Assembly (NCBI GenBank): GCA_963457605.1
Contig: OY735138.1
Reading direction: 5' to 3' (one strand)
From: an uncultured Gellertiella sp.
Lineage (GTDB): Bacteria; Pseudomonadota; Alphaproteobacteria; Rhizobiales; Rhizobiaceae
Length of the DNA stretch: 64,000 nt
Shown in pieces: positions 17,146 through 27,288 of the stretch. Made by a program: the position numbers and the translations under genes. The notes under the pieces were generated by a model. The model was not told the DNA's origin. It ran no database searches and saw only the letters and a program-made list of their open reading frames with translations. The stretch's first letter is position 1. Every line of letters begins with the position of its first letter.

Positions 17146-18914
17146 TTGTCCCCGCTCCCCGTTGCGGCCTGTTGATGCGGCTCGGTAATGGCCAGCAGGA
17201 ACCAGGTGGCATGCGGCAGCCATTGTTCCGACCAGCGCCAGGAATGGAACGGGTCCTCCGTCGGGCAGAAGGCGATGTCGCTTTCGTCCAGCAGGCCTGA
17301 CGTGATGCCGTTGCAGATGCCGCCGCGTGCATGCGGCACCTTGAAGGGAGCGTAATGACTGACATTGCGACCGAAGCCATGCATCATCGAGCTGTGATAG
17401 GGATTGGCCCCGAGGATCCAGCCGAGGAAGCGCTCGGGCAGCGCCCGCGCCGCATCGGCAAGCGCGACCAGCGGTTCGATGGCCCTGATGGCGGCGGCAA
17501 GCGAGGCCAGCCGCGCATTCTCGCCCTGCCACCAGTAGCCGGACTCGTTGACATGGCTGTAGAAGAACTGGGTGCCGACCGAGCCGTCCGGCCGCCGGAC
17601 GAAATGCCGGGGATAGCTGAACGGATTGTGGACCTCGCCGGTGACCGCGACGAGATGAGCAACGGCGCGGGCGAGGCCCGAGCGGATCTTGCCCGCCGTG
17701 ACGGCGGGGGCCATCGGCAGATAGAGGGCGAGCGCCAGCAGTGGCAGACCCTCGTCGGCGGCATGGGTGAAGGGACGGGACATGTCATCGCCCGACCGCC
17801 ACCAGCCGTCGCGGCCATGGCCATCCGACATTCGCGCCAGGAGGGCATTGGCCCGCATCTCCGCATGGCCGCGATAGATCGGCTTGCCCGTGGTTTCCGC
17901 CAGTTCGAGGCAGGCGAGCAAGCCGCAATAGTCGTCGATGATGTTTTCCCTGCCATCGTCCAGATAGGAGAGGCCATGGGCAAGCAGGTTGTCAAAGGCC
18001 CGTTCGGCGGTGGCCAGATAGTCCCTTGCGGAAAAGGCCCCGTCCTTGCCGAGCCGGGCCGCGCGGGCAAGAGCTGCTATCGCCATGCCGCCGCCCTGCC
18101 GCCAGCCGGCTTCCCAGCTGTCGTGCTTGTGGCCCTGCTGGGTGGTGTAGGAGCAGATCTCGCGCTGGGCGGTGTCGCCGCTCCAGCGGTCGAAGACCGT
18201 CATGCAGAAGGCTCCGTCCGGGCGGCACATGCGCACCAGGAAATCCGCGCCCCAGAGCGCCTCGGCCTCATATCCGGGCTTGAGTTCGGCCTTCACCGCG
18301 CCGGAGGCTGCGGCCCGCAGCAGCGCCCAGACGACAAGCGGCGTCTGCTGCGGGTTGATGTAATTGGCGTAGCTGAGATGGCTCAGATATTTGGAGACGT
18401 CGCCAGAGGCATCATACCAGCCGCCGCTGACATCCGCGGTCCCCTCGACCTTGCTGCCGATGAAGGGAATGGTGCGGTCGGCGATCTCGTATTTGCCGGC
18501 ACAGCGCTGGCTCATGAAATAGCCGAGGATGGCCTCCGGCATGTCTGTTTCAAGCAGGTTGCCGGCAATCGCGAAGGCGGGCGAGACGATCCGTCCTCCA
18601 TCGGCGTCAACCCCTTCAAGCTGCACGGTGCCCGTCAGCGTGCAGGCGGAAAAGTCGATCTGCTGGTAGGACTGTCCCTGCCAGCCGGCAACCGGGCCTG
18701 CCGCGCCGAGCGTGCATTCGGCAAGCAGCACCGCGCCGCTTGCCGCATCCACCAGACGGCAGGAGGTCAGCGCCGGACCGCTGCCGAGACAGAGGACCGC
18801 AGCCTTGGTCTTCTGGCTGTCATAACCGACATGGCTGACGGCGATGGCGCGCGCGGCGTAGAGCCCCGCAAAGGCGGCGTTGGGGTTTTCAGAGATGGTG
18901 GCAGGATACGACAT
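17142..18914 (-). CDS. GH9-like glycoside hydrolase with N-terminal Ig-like domain (predicted exo-beta-D-glucosaminidase)
   Basis: ORF 17142..18923 (alternative ATGs at 18923 and 18914). N-terminal SHVGYDSQKTKAAVL resembles the CelD_N Ig-like domain. GGWYDASGDVSKY resembles the GH9 GGWYDAGD catalytic motif. Same position as the GH9 gene in the Vibrio chitobiose operon. Confidence 0.65.
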   Translation of the reverse strand: MSYPATISENPNAAFAGLYAARAIAVSHVGYDSQKTKAAVLCLGSGPALTSCRLVDAASGAVLLAECTLGAAGPVAGWQGQSYQQIDFSACTLTGTVQLEGVDADGGRIVSPAFAIAGNLLETDMPEAILGYFMSQRCAGKYEIADRTIPFIGSKVEGTADVSGGWYDASGDVSKYLSHLSYANYINPQQTPLVVWALLRAAASGAVKAELKPGYEAEALWGADFLVRMCRPDGAFCMTVFDRWSGDTAQREICSYTTQQGHKHDSWEAGWRQGGGMAIAALARAARLGKDGAFSARDYLATAERAFDNLLAHGLSYLDDGRENIIDDYCGLLACLELAETTGKPIYRGHAEMRANALLARMSDGHGRDGWWRSGDDMSRPFTHAADEGLPLLALALYLPMAPAVTAGKIRSGLARAVAHLVAVTGEVHNPFSYPRHFVRRPDGSVGTQFFYSHVNESGYWWQGENARLASLAAAIRAIEPLVALADAARALPERFLGWILGANPYHSSMMHGFGRNVSHYAPFKVPHARGGICNGITSGLLDESDIAFCPTEDPFHSWRWSEQWLPHATWFLLAITEPHQQAATGSGDK

Positions 18915-19875
18915 GGGTCTCATCTATTCTTGTGGGCGAGGGCATGGTTTCACGGCAGATGGCAGACGCCCTCGGGCAGCGGGCGACGAAGGGACATCCC
19001 CGGCTTTGCGCGGTCCAGAGCGGAATATCGGCAGCCCGGCGCGCGCCGGACGGCTGGATTCGCTTGGCCGGATTGGGAACCGAGGCGATCAGAAGCTGGG
19101 TATAGGGATGGGCGGGCCGTTCGGTGATCGTCTCGCTCGAGGCCTGCTCGACGATGTGGCCGGCGTAGAGAACGGCGGTTTCCTCGGCGAAATAGCGGGC
19201 GGTGGCGATATCGTGGGTGATGTAGAGAACGGCGACATTCTGCCGTTCCTTGGTGTCCTGCAGGAGGTTGAGGATGCCGAGCCGCACCGACACGTCGAGC
19301 ATCGAGGTCGGCTCGTCGGCCAAGAGCACGGACGGATTGACCGACAGCGCCCGGGCAATGGCGACGCGCTGGCGCTGGCCGCCGGAGAGTTCGTGCGGAC
19401 GGCGCTGCAGGTAATCGGCGGAGGGGCGCAGGCCCACCTGGTCGAGCAGCGCCATGCTCTGCTCGCGCACTTCGGCCCGCGACAGTTCCGGCCGGTGGAT
19501 CTGGATCGGCCGCTCGATATGGTGGCCGATGGACAGCGCCGGATTGAGCGAGCCGAACGGGTCCTGGAAGATCATCTGGACCTGGCGGCGGTAGAGGCTC
19601 GCCTGCCTGCGGTCCAGCGACAGGACCGAGCGGCCCTCAAAGCGGATGTCGCCGCTTGACGGCGGCGTGACCCGCGAGATCAGCCGGGCAGTGGTGCTCT
19701 TGCCGGAGCCGCTTTCGCCGACCATGGCCACGGCCCGGCCGGCATGCAGCTTCAGCGAGATCCCGCTGAGCGCGCGCATCTGGGTGGTTTTCTGCAGCAG
19801 GCCGCCGAGCAGGTAATCCTTGTTGACCTCATCGAGCTCGATGACGGCGGCGGCGGGGTTCACAGAAGATGACAT
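18889..19875 (-). CDS. Opp/Dpp-type ABC transporter ATP-binding protein (OppF/DppF-like)
   Basis: 328 aa. GESGSGKST, LSGGQRQRVAIARAL, LLADEPTSMLD. C-terminal oligopeptide-ABC extension (HPYTQLL, C..RC). Confidence 0.85.
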   Translation of the reverse strand: MSSSVNPAAAVIELDEVNKDYLLGGLLQKTTQMRALSGISLKLHAGRAVAMVGESGSGKSTTARLISRVTPPSSGDIRFEGRSVLSLDRRQASLYRRQVQMIFQDPFGSLNPALSIGHHIERPIQIHRPELSRAEVREQSMALLDQVGLRPSADYLQRRPHELSGGQRQRVAIARALSVNPSVLLADEPTSMLDVSVRLGILNLLQDTKERQNVAVLYITHDIATARYFAEETAVLYAGHIVEQASSETITERPAHPYTQLLIASVPNPAKRIQPSGARRAADIPLWTAQSRGCPFVARCPRASAICRETMPSPTRIDETHVVSCHHL

Positions 19876-20822
19876 GCGGCGATTTCCCCCTGTGTGGCAA
19901 AGGTTTTGACGGGCGGCGCCGTCTCGAGGCAGCGGGGCTCGGCGCGGGTGCAGCGCGGCGCGAAACGGCAGCCACGGATCGGCAGCCGGAGATCCGGCGG
20001 CGAGCCGGGAATGCCTTCCATGCGGACCTTCGGACCGGAGAGCGGCGGGAAGGAGTGGCCGAGCGCCACCGTATAGGGATGGCGGGCATGGTCGAGTACC
20101 CGCGCGGCGGGGGCCACTTCCACCAGTTCACCGGAATACATCACCCCGATCCGGTCGCAGAACTCGATCATCAGCCCGAGATCATGGGTGATGAACAGCA
20201 CGGAAAAGCCGAACCGGTCCTTGAGCGCGCAGATCTGCTCGATGATGTCGCGCTGCACGACCACATCGAGCGCGGTGGTCGGCTCGTCCATGATGATCAG
20301 CCGCGGCTGCAGGCAGAGCGCGATGGCAATGCAGATGCGCTGGCGCATGCCGCCGGAAAACTGGTGCGGATAGTCGTCCAGCCGCTTCGGATGGATGCCG
20401 ACCAGCTCGAACATTTCCGCCGCCCGCGCCCGGGCCTCGGCCTTGCCCGCCCGGCTGTGCGCCTGGATGACGTCGGTCAGCTGCTCGACGACGGGGATGA
20501 CCGGGTTCAGCGCATTCATGGCGCTCTGAAAGACGAAGCTGACGGTGGCCCAGCGGTACTGGCGCAGCGCCTCGCCCGACAGTGCCAGCACATCGGTGCC
20601 CTCGATCAGCACCTGTCCGCCGGAGACGAGACCGGGAAGCCGGGTCAGCCGGGCGATGGCGAAGGCCGCCGTGCTCTTGCCGCAACCGCTTTCCCCGGCA
20701 AGGCCGAAGACCTCGCCCGGCGCGATGTCGAAGCTCAGATTGTCGACCGCCCGCACCACGGCGGTTTCGGTGACATAGTCGACGGTGAGGTTTTTGACCT
20801 TCAGCAAGGGTTCAGAAGACAT
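19860..20822 (-). CDS. Opp/Dpp-type ABC transporter ATP-binding protein (OppD/DppD-like)
   Basis: 320 aa. GESGCGKST, FSGGMRQRICIAIAL, IIMDEPTTALD. C-terminal HPYT and CRFAPRC motifs. Confidence 0.85.
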   Translation of the reverse strand: MSSEPLLKVKNLTVDYVTETAVVRAVDNLSFDIAPGEVFGLAGESGCGKSTAAFAIARLTRLPGLVSGGQVLIEGTDVLALSGEALRQYRWATVSFVFQSAMNALNPVIPVVEQLTDVIQAHSRAGKAEARARAAEMFELVGIHPKRLDDYPHQFSGGMRQRICIAIALCLQPRLIIMDEPTTALDVVVQRDIIEQICALKDRFGFSVLFITHDLGLMIEFCDRIGVMYSGELVEVAPAARVLDHARHPYTVALGHSFPPLSGPKVRMEGIPGSPPDLRLPIRGCRFAPRCTRAEPRCLETAPPVKTFATQGEIAACHLL

Positions 20823-21813
20823 CGCAGTCCCTCCCGCGCGCAGTGAGGAAGCGGCGCACCGCCTTGATGTTGCGCCCGGCGCGCAGCCTCGGGCTGGTCA
20901 TCTCGTCGACCGCGAAATTGATCATCACCAGCGCCGCACCCGTCAGGATGATGGCAAGGCACGGCGGCCAGATTTCCCACCAGGCCCCGGTTTCCAGCGC
21001 CAGGCTCTTCTGGGCGGAATAGAGCATGGTGCCCCAGGTGACCGAATTCGGATCACCCAACCCGATGAATTCCAGTCCGGCTTCGGCAAGGATCGAATAG
21101 ATGGTGGCCAGCACGAAGCCGCCGACCAGGAAGCTCAGCATGTTGGGCAGGATCTCGACCAGCAGGATGCGCCATTTGGCTTCGCCCATCAGCTCGGCGG
21201 CCAGCACGAATTCGCGGTTGCGCAGCGCCAGCGTCTGGCTGCGGATGCTGCGTGCCGACCAGCCCCAGCCGGTGGCGGCCAGCACCAGCCCGATGATGAC
21301 AGGGCTTGCATGCTCGAGATAGGCGGCAATGACGATGATCAGCGGCAGCGCCGGCAGCACCAGCGCCACATTGACGAAGAAGGTGAGGATCTCGTCGACG
21401 CGCCCTCCGTAATAGCCGCAGCAGATGCCGATGACGATGCCGATCAGGGTGGCGACGATGCCCGCGACGAAGCCGACCGTCAGGCTGACACGGCCGCCAT
21501 AGAGCATCTGCGAATAGACGTCCTTGCCGAGCCGCGTGGTGCCGAGCACATGCTCGACGGAGGGCGGCTGGCGGGGCGGGCCGCTGCGCCGGTAGGGATC
21601 ATGGCTGGCCAGCACCGGTGCCAGCGCCGAGGTCAGCAGCAGTACCAGCAGCACCACCATGCCGACCATCGCCCTGCCGTTGGAGGCAAAGCCCTGCAGG
21701 GATTTCGGAAAGGCGCGGACGAAGCGCGACGGCGGCTTCAGGCCGAGCTCGGCGCGCAACCGGTCGACGGGGGGAGCAAGCTGGTGCGGGGAAGCAGTAT
21801 CGGTCGGGGTCAT
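20812..21813 (-). CDS. Opp/Dpp-type ABC transporter permease (DppC-like)
   Basis: Tail of ORF 20812..22512, start at ATG 21813 (MTPTDT). Hydrophobic, with the BPD_transp_1 EAA-like region (LAAELMGEAKWRIL). Confidence 0.8.
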   Translation of the reverse strand: MTPTDTASPHQLAPPVDRLRAELGLKPPSRFVRAFPKSLQGFASNGRAMVGMVVLLVLLLTSALAPVLASHDPYRRSGPPRQPPSVEHVLGTTRLGKDVYSQMLYGGRVSLTVGFVAGIVATLIGIVIGICCGYYGGRVDEILTFFVNVALVLPALPLIIVIAAYLEHASPVIIGLVLAATGWGWSARSIRSQTLALRNREFVLAAELMGEAKWRILLVEILPNMLSFLVGGFVLATIYSILAEAGLEFIGLGDPNSVTWGTMLYSAQKSLALETGAWWEIWPPCLAIILTGAALVMINFAVDEMTSPRLRAGRNIKAVRRFLTARGRDCDVF

Positions 21814-21824
21814 GGCGGAAAACC

Positions 21825-22808
21825 TCACGAATGGCCGCGCGCGCGCAGGCGCGGGTCGAGCAGGACATTCGCCACATCCGACAGGAGATTGGCGAGGAGA
21901 ACGCTGGCGGTCAGAAGGATCATCTGGCCGGCGATGAAGGAATAGTCGCGGGCCTCGATGGCGCTCAGCGAGAACTTGCCGAGGCCGGGATAGTTGAACA
22001 CCACTTCGGTGATCAGCGCGCCGCCCAGGACATAGCCGACCGACAGCGCCAGCGAGGCGACCTGCGGCAGCATGGCATTGCGGGCAACGTAGCGATTGCG
22101 GATCCGCCGGTCGTCGAGGCCCTTGGCGCGGGCCATGATGACGAAGTCGTCGCCCAGCAGGTTGATGATCGAATTGCGCATGCCGAGATGCCAGGAGCCG
22201 TAGTTGACGATGACGATCGACAGCACCGGCAGGATGGCATGCAGGGCGATGTCGCGGGCATGGCTGAAGGTGAAGCCCGGCTCGACGCCATTGGTCTCGG
22301 CGCGCCCGAGCGGCAGCAGCTGGGTTTTCACCGCGAAGACATAATAGAGCACCAGGGCCACCACCGCCGGCGTGAAGGCGGTGAACATCACATTGACCGG
22401 CGTGAAGACGGAATCGAAGAAGCCGCCCCGGTGCCAGGCCGAATGGATGCCCATCAGGATGCCGATCACGAAGGAAATCGCCGTGGCGATGCCGACGAGG
22501 AACAGCGTCCATCCGGCGGCATAAAACAGCAGGTCGGAGGTGGGGTTCGGGAAGGACATGGTCGACACGCCGAAATCCAGATGCATCAGGCCCCTGACAT
22601 AGAGCCAGTACTGGTGGGCAAGGCCGCCGTCATAGCCATAGGTCTGGCGCAATCCCTGAAGCTGGCTTTCCGTCAGCTTGCCCTTCATCGCAGCCATCAG
22701 GCGGGTCAGGGGATCGCCGGGCATCATCCGGGGAATGAAGAAATTCAGCGTGATCGCGATGGCAAAGGCCGCCAGGTAGAAGGCAAGCCGCCTGAGAAGG
22801 AAGCGCAT
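21825..22808 (-). CDS. Opp/Dpp-type ABC transporter permease (DppB-like)
   Basis: 327 aa. MRFLLRRL N-terminus and FIPRMMPGDP motif typical of DppB/OppB. ARAKGL EAA loop. Confidence 0.85.
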   Translation of the reverse strand: MRFLLRRLAFYLAAFAIAITLNFFIPRMMPGDPLTRLMAAMKGKLTESQLQGLRQTYGYDGGLAHQYWLYVRGLMHLDFGVSTMSFPNPTSDLLFYAAGWTLFLVGIATAISFVIGILMGIHSAWHRGGFFDSVFTPVNVMFTAFTPAVVALVLYYVFAVKTQLLPLGRAETNGVEPGFTFSHARDIALHAILPVLSIVIVNYGSWHLGMRNSIINLLGDDFVIMARAKGLDDRRIRNRYVARNAMLPQVASLALSVGYVLGGALITEVVFNYPGLGKFSLSAIEARDYSFIAGQMILLTASVLLANLLSDVANVLLDPRLRARGHS

Positions 22809-22888
22809 GGAATACCTCCGGGAAGGGAGGGCGGAGAGGCATCATGCCTTTCCGCCCGGTCGCTGTCGGGAACAGGCGGTTTTCAGGG

Positions 22889-24577
22889 TCAGGGCGTGAC
22901 GGCTTTCGGCACCAGCTGCAAGGCGTGGATCACCCGTTCATGCGTTCCGACCCACAGGTTCGGGCGCATCGTCGCGTTCTTCTCGGTCACCCAGCCGTCG
23001 AAATGCCTGGTCGAATACTGGTACCACATCGGATTGCCGAACAGCGAGATGACCGGCAGGTTCTCGGCCACCAGCTTCTGGATATTGGTGACCGCCTGCT
23101 GCTGGGCGGCGTGATCGAGCGTTGCCGCGGCCTTCTTCAGCTCGTCCTCGACGGCGGGCATCCGCATCTGGTGCACCGAGAGTTCACGGATATGGCCGGG
23201 AACCATGGTCGCCGGATTGAACATCGCCTTGTAGGTGATGAGCGGGGTCGGATCGAGCGTCGTGTACATGATATAGGCGTCATAGTCGCCGCCGGGGAAG
23301 ACGTCGAACCAGGCGCCTTCGTTCACCGCCTTGACATTGGCATGGATGCCGACGTCCTGCAGGTTTTCGGTAATGCTCTGGACGGCGTTGGCCCAGTCGG
23401 TCCAGTCCGCTGGCACCGAAATGCCGAACTCGACGGGCTTGCCGTCTGGCGTGTCGCGCCAGCCGTCGCCGTCCTTGTCGATGAAACCGGCCTTGTCGAG
23501 GATCTCCCTGGCGCGGTCGGGATCATAGTCCATCAGACCCTTGTAGGGCGCAAGCGCCGCCTCGTTCAGCCACGGCTTGTAGGCGTCACCCGTGCCGACG
23601 GGATAGCGGGTGCGGGTGGTGAGGTTGAAGGTCGAGATCGTCACCAGCGTTTCCCGGTCGATGGCATTGCTGACCGCCTGGCGGAAGGCAAGGTTGTCGA
23701 AGGGCTTGCGGGTGGTGTTGAACATCAGGTCGACATCGGCATCCGGCGGCAGCCAGAAGTGATTGTCGGGGCTGAGCGGCGTATAGGTCTGGTCGGGATC
23801 GGTCATGCCGTCGCCCGCCCAGTCGAGATCGCCCGAGGTAATCGCCGCGATCACCTGCTCGTTGGTCGCATATTGCGGGAATTGCAGGCAATCGATCCTG
23901 TTGTCCTTGTTGCCGTAGAAATGGGTGTTGCGGCAAAGCTCGAAGGAACTGCGCGCATAATTCGTCACTTCCGTCCAGGGGCCGGAGCCGACCGGCTTCT
24001 TGTTCTCGAAGCGGGCGGGATCGGCGACGTCCTTCCAGATGTGTTCCGGCAGCGGCATGATGATGCCAATGCCGAAATGGGCAAGCGAATCCGGATTCTT
24101 CAGGTTGAAGCGCACCGTATGCTCGTCCAGCGCCTCGGCATTGACGATGTTGCCGGTGCCCGCCGCCGCGTCATGGCGGTCGAAGCCGACGGTGAAATCC
24201 GGGTGGGCGGCGGCATAGTCGAAGGTGAAGACCACGTCATGCGCGGTCAGCGGCTTTCCGTCCGACCATTGCATGTCGGGGCGCAGGTGATAGGTGACGC
24301 TCTTGAGGTCCGGGGCAACGTCGAAGGAGGTGGCAATCGCCGGATAGTCGTGGGCGGGATCGCGGACATTGTAGATCCACAGCGGCAGATAGGCGAAATC
24401 CTGCACCAGCGAGGCATTGACCTGCAGGTTGTAGGGATTGAAGTTTTCCGCCATTGCATCGAAATGCGAGGGCGCGAGCTTCAGCACCACCGGACTTCCC
24501 GCCGCCAGGGCGGTGCCGGCCAGCGCCGTCGTCGTCACCAGTGCAAAGATCGCGGCGAACCGCTTTGCCTTCCTCAT
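22889..24577 (-). CDS. family-5 extracellular solute-binding protein (predicted chito-oligosaccharide binding)
   Basis: ORF 22889..24610, start moved to ATG 24577 (MRKAKRFAAIFALVTTTALAGTALAAG signal peptide) after GGAGGAGGAAT. SBP_bac_5-like. First gene of the ABC operon. Confidence 0.8.
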   Translation of the reverse strand: MRKAKRFAAIFALVTTTALAGTALAAGSPVVLKLAPSHFDAMAENFNPYNLQVNASLVQDFAYLPLWIYNVRDPAHDYPAIATSFDVAPDLKSVTYHLRPDMQWSDGKPLTAHDVVFTFDYAAAHPDFTVGFDRHDAAAGTGNIVNAEALDEHTVRFNLKNPDSLAHFGIGIIMPLPEHIWKDVADPARFENKKPVGSGPWTEVTNYARSSFELCRNTHFYGNKDNRIDCLQFPQYATNEQVIAAITSGDLDWAGDGMTDPDQTYTPLSPDNHFWLPPDADVDLMFNTTRKPFDNLAFRQAVSNAIDRETLVTISTFNLTTRTRYPVGTGDAYKPWLNEAALAPYKGLMDYDPDRAREILDKAGFIDKDGDGWRDTPDGKPVEFGISVPADWTDWANAVQSITENLQDVGIHANVKAVNEGAWFDVFPGGDYDAYIMYTTLDPTPLITYKAMFNPATMVPGHIRELSVHQMRMPAVEDELKKAAATLDHAAQQQAVTNIQKLVAENLPVISLFGNPMWYQYSTRHFDGWVTEKNATMRPNLWVGTHERVIHALQLVPKAVTP

Positions 24578-24596
24578 CCTTATTCCTCCTCCAAGG

Positions 24597-24623
24597 GAAC
24601 GATCCCACATTCGGGCATCGTTC
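24597..24623. promoter_or_regulatory. 7-bp inverted repeat GAACGAT-N13-ATCGTTC between lacI-family gene and ABC operon
   Basis: Read directly. Sits 20 nt upstream of the binding-protein ATG and 34 nt after the LacI-family stop. Either an operator or an attenuator/terminator is possible. Confidence 0.3.
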
Positions 24624-24656
24624 AGGGTTCAAGCACAAGCCTTCACGTGAAAGGCC

Positions 24657-25667
24657 CTATGATGCAGATGCTGTTGCCGTCGAGCTGCGCGCGATGAAAT
24701 GGGTCGGCAGGGTAATTTCGGTCGTCTCCGGCTGCTCGCCATCCAGCACCCCGATCAGCAGACCGACGGCATGCGATCCGGCTTCGCCGATGGGCTGGCG
24801 CACGGTGGTGAGCGGCGGCGACAGGTGCCGGGCATGGAAATTGTCGTCGAACCCGGTCAGCGACACGTCGTCCGGCACCACCAGGCCAAGTTCGCGGAGC
24901 GCCATCAGGGCACCGGCGGCAATGTCGTCGTCGCCGCCAAAGATTGCGGTGAAGGGGCGACCTGCGGAAAAATGCCGCCTGACGGTGGCATAGCCGTGTT
25001 CCTCGGAGAACTGGCCGGCCTCGGTCGTCACCGCATCCGGCCCGAGACCGGCCTCGGCCAGCGCCTGGCTGATGCCGTCAAGACGGGCGATGGTATCGGC
25101 ATGCTGAAGGGTACCCGCGATATGCAATATCCTGCGATGGCCGAGCCCGAGCAGGTGGGCCATCATCTGCCGTGCCCCCAGCCGGTTTTCGAGCAGCACC
25201 GCGCCGGAGGCCGCCGCATCGGTGCCGCAGCCGATCAGCACGAAGGGCAGCCCGGCGGTGGCGAGCGCCTGCCGTGCGGTGGCGCTGATCGGAAATTCGA
25301 GATTGAGCAGCAGCCCGTCGCAGGAACGGTCGACCAGTTCGAGAATGGCGCGCTCTTCTTCCAGCGCATCACCGAAACCACTGGTCAGCAACAGGCCGCG
25401 TCCGGCCTTCTTGCAGGCGATCTGCATGCCCGATACCAGCTGCGCATAGAAGGGGCTGGCAAGATCGGTGACGACGCCGCCGAAGATGTTGCTGCGGTTG
25501 GACCTGAGCGCCCGGGCATTGCTGTTCGGACGGAAGCCCAGCTCATGTATGGCCTCTTCGATGGCAAGACGCGCGGCTTCCGACACATATCCATTGCCGG
25601 ATATGTATCTGGAAACCGTCGAGCGGGATACCGAAGCCCGCCTTGAAACGTCATTGATCGTGGCCAT
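24657..25667 (-). CDS. LacI family transcriptional regulator
   Basis: 336 aa. N-terminal HTH MATINDVSRRASVSRSTVSRYISG and a periplasmic-binding-protein-like effector domain. Confidence 0.9.
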   Translation of the reverse strand: MATINDVSRRASVSRSTVSRYISGNGYVSEAARLAIEEAIHELGFRPNSNARALRSNRSNIFGGVVTDLASPFYAQLVSGMQIACKKAGRGLLLTSGFGDALEEERAILELVDRSCDGLLLNLEFPISATARQALATAGLPFVLIGCGTDAAASGAVLLENRLGARQMMAHLLGLGHRRILHIAGTLQHADTIARLDGISQALAEAGLGPDAVTTEAGQFSEEHGYATVRRHFSAGRPFTAIFGGDDDIAAGALMALRELGLVVPDDVSLTGFDDNFHARHLSPPLTTVRQPIGEAGSHAVGLLIGVLDGEQPETTEITLPTHFIARSSTATASAS

Positions 25668-25925
25668 GCCTGCCCTTGTCCGGTGCGTATGGGATCGGTC
25701 TCACATAGCAAGGAGGTCAGGGCTTGTCAATAACCGTTTCCAAATGCACCGGGGGCCGTGCCGCCCGGAAAGGCATGACGCGCCCCTTCAAGGCCCCGGC
25801 TTGCCACTGGCGAGGCAGCGGATTTTCAGATATATATCTGCTTCTTCATATTCTGAAACAATAAGATTTGCATTTTCTGAATTCCGCGCATACCATTTCA
25901 TTATTGTGAAACATGGGATGTCCCG

Positions 25926-27209
25926 ATGCGCAGTTTCGCGGACCCGGTCTGGTCGGAATCGGTCACAGAGCAGGGCATGGACACCAGTCTGCCGCCCTCC
26001 GGCCGGCTTCACGATCTTTTGATCGTCGGCGGCGGGTTTTTGGGCCTGTCGGCGGCGCTGCATGCGGCGCGCGCGGGCCGGTCCGTGCTGGTGCTGGAAG
26101 CCGGACGGCTTGGGGCCCATGCCAGCGGGCTGAATGGCGGGCAGGTCATTCCCGGCCTCAAATATGATCCCGAATGGCTGCTCCGCCACTATGGCGAGCG
26201 GCGGGGAGAGGCGGTGACCGGCTTTGCCGCCGGCACCGCCGATGCGGTCTTCGACCTGATCGTGCGGGAGGGGCTTGCGGTTCCCCATGTCAGGGCGGGC
26301 TGGATCCAGGCCTGCCATACGGAAAAGGCGATAGCGGCGGCCACCGAGCGACACCGGCAGTGGCGGGCGCTCGGGGCCGATGTCGCCTTGCTGGATGCCG
26401 AAGAAATCCAGGCCCGGATCGGCACCTGCAATTATCTCGGCGGCTTCTTCGACCGGCGGGCAGGCACCATCAATCCGCTCGCCCTGCAACTGGAACTCGC
26501 CCGCATTGCCCGCGCGGCAGGCGCCATGATCAGCGAAGGACAGGCCTGCCTGCGGCTTGAAGGCGGTGACGGCGACTGGCGGGCGGTGACGCAAACCGGT
26601 GCCACGCTCCGGGCGCGCAAGGTGCTGGTCGCCACCAATGCCTATTCGGACCGGCTGATCCCCGGCCTCGCGCAAAGCCTGATTCCGCTGCATTCGCTGC
26701 AGATTGCCACCGCGCCGCTCGGCGAGGCGCTTGCCAGCCGTATTCTGCCCGGCCAGCAATGCGTCTCGGATTCCCGCCGCATCCTCGTCTATTACCGCAA
26801 GACCGCCACCGGGCGGCTCATTCTGGGCGGGCGCGGGCCGATGCGCCTGCCGCGCGGCGAGGGCGACTGGGCGCATCTGGAACGGGCGATGCGACGGCTG
26901 TTTCCCGTACTTGCCGGGGTTGCCATCGACAAGCGCTGGTTTGGCCGGGTGGCGGTGACCGCCGATCACCTGCCGCATCTGCATCAGCCGGCCGCCGGAC
27001 TGCTGGCCATGGCCGGCTGCCAGGGCCGGGGCGTCGGCATGATGGTGGCCGCCGGACCACGGCTTGCCGATTATCTCTTCGATGCGGATCCCGGCCATCT
27101 TCCCCTGCCGCTTTCCCCCATCGTTCCCATCCCCTTTCACCGCTTCCGCAAGGTGGGCGTGGCGGGATTGATCGCCTGGTACCGGATGCTTGATGCGTTC
27201 GAGCGATAA
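25926..27209 (+). CDS. FAD-dependent oxidoreductase (DAO family, gamma-glutamylputrescine oxidase-like)
   Basis: 427 aa. DLLIVGGGFLGLSAALHAARAG dinucleotide fold and DAO-family layout. Upstream of a Pot-type ABC transporter. Confidence 0.75.
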   Translation: MRSFADPVWSESVTEQGMDTSLPPSGRLHDLLIVGGGFLGLSAALHAARAGRSVLVLEAGRLGAHASGLNGGQVIPGLKYDPEWLLRHYGERRGEAVTGFAAGTADAVFDLIVREGLAVPHVRAGWIQACHTEKAIAAATERHRQWRALGADVALLDAEEIQARIGTCNYLGGFFDRRAGTINPLALQLELARIARAAGAMISEGQACLRLEGGDGDWRAVTQTGATLRARKVLVATNAYSDRLIPGLAQSLIPLHSLQIATAPLGEALASRILPGQQCVSDSRRILVYYRKTATGRLILGGRGPMRLPRGEGDWAHLERAMRRLFPVLAGVAIDKRWFGRVAVTADHLPHLHQPAAGLLAMAGCQGRGVGMMVAAGPRLADYLFDADPGHLPLPLSPIVPIPFHRFRKVGVAGLIAWYRMLDAFER

Positions 27210-27215
27210 AAGCGC

Positions 27216-27244
27216 TTGACAATTCGCTGATATATGAAAATAAT
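27216..27244 (+). promoter_or_regulatory. sigma70-like promoter candidate (TTGACA-N17-AATAAT)
   Basis: Read directly in the AT-rich spacer 45 nt upstream of the GTG start at 27289. Confidence 0.3.
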
Positions 27245-27288
27245 AAGGCATATTTCACGTAATTGAAGATACTTGAAGAGGTAATGCG

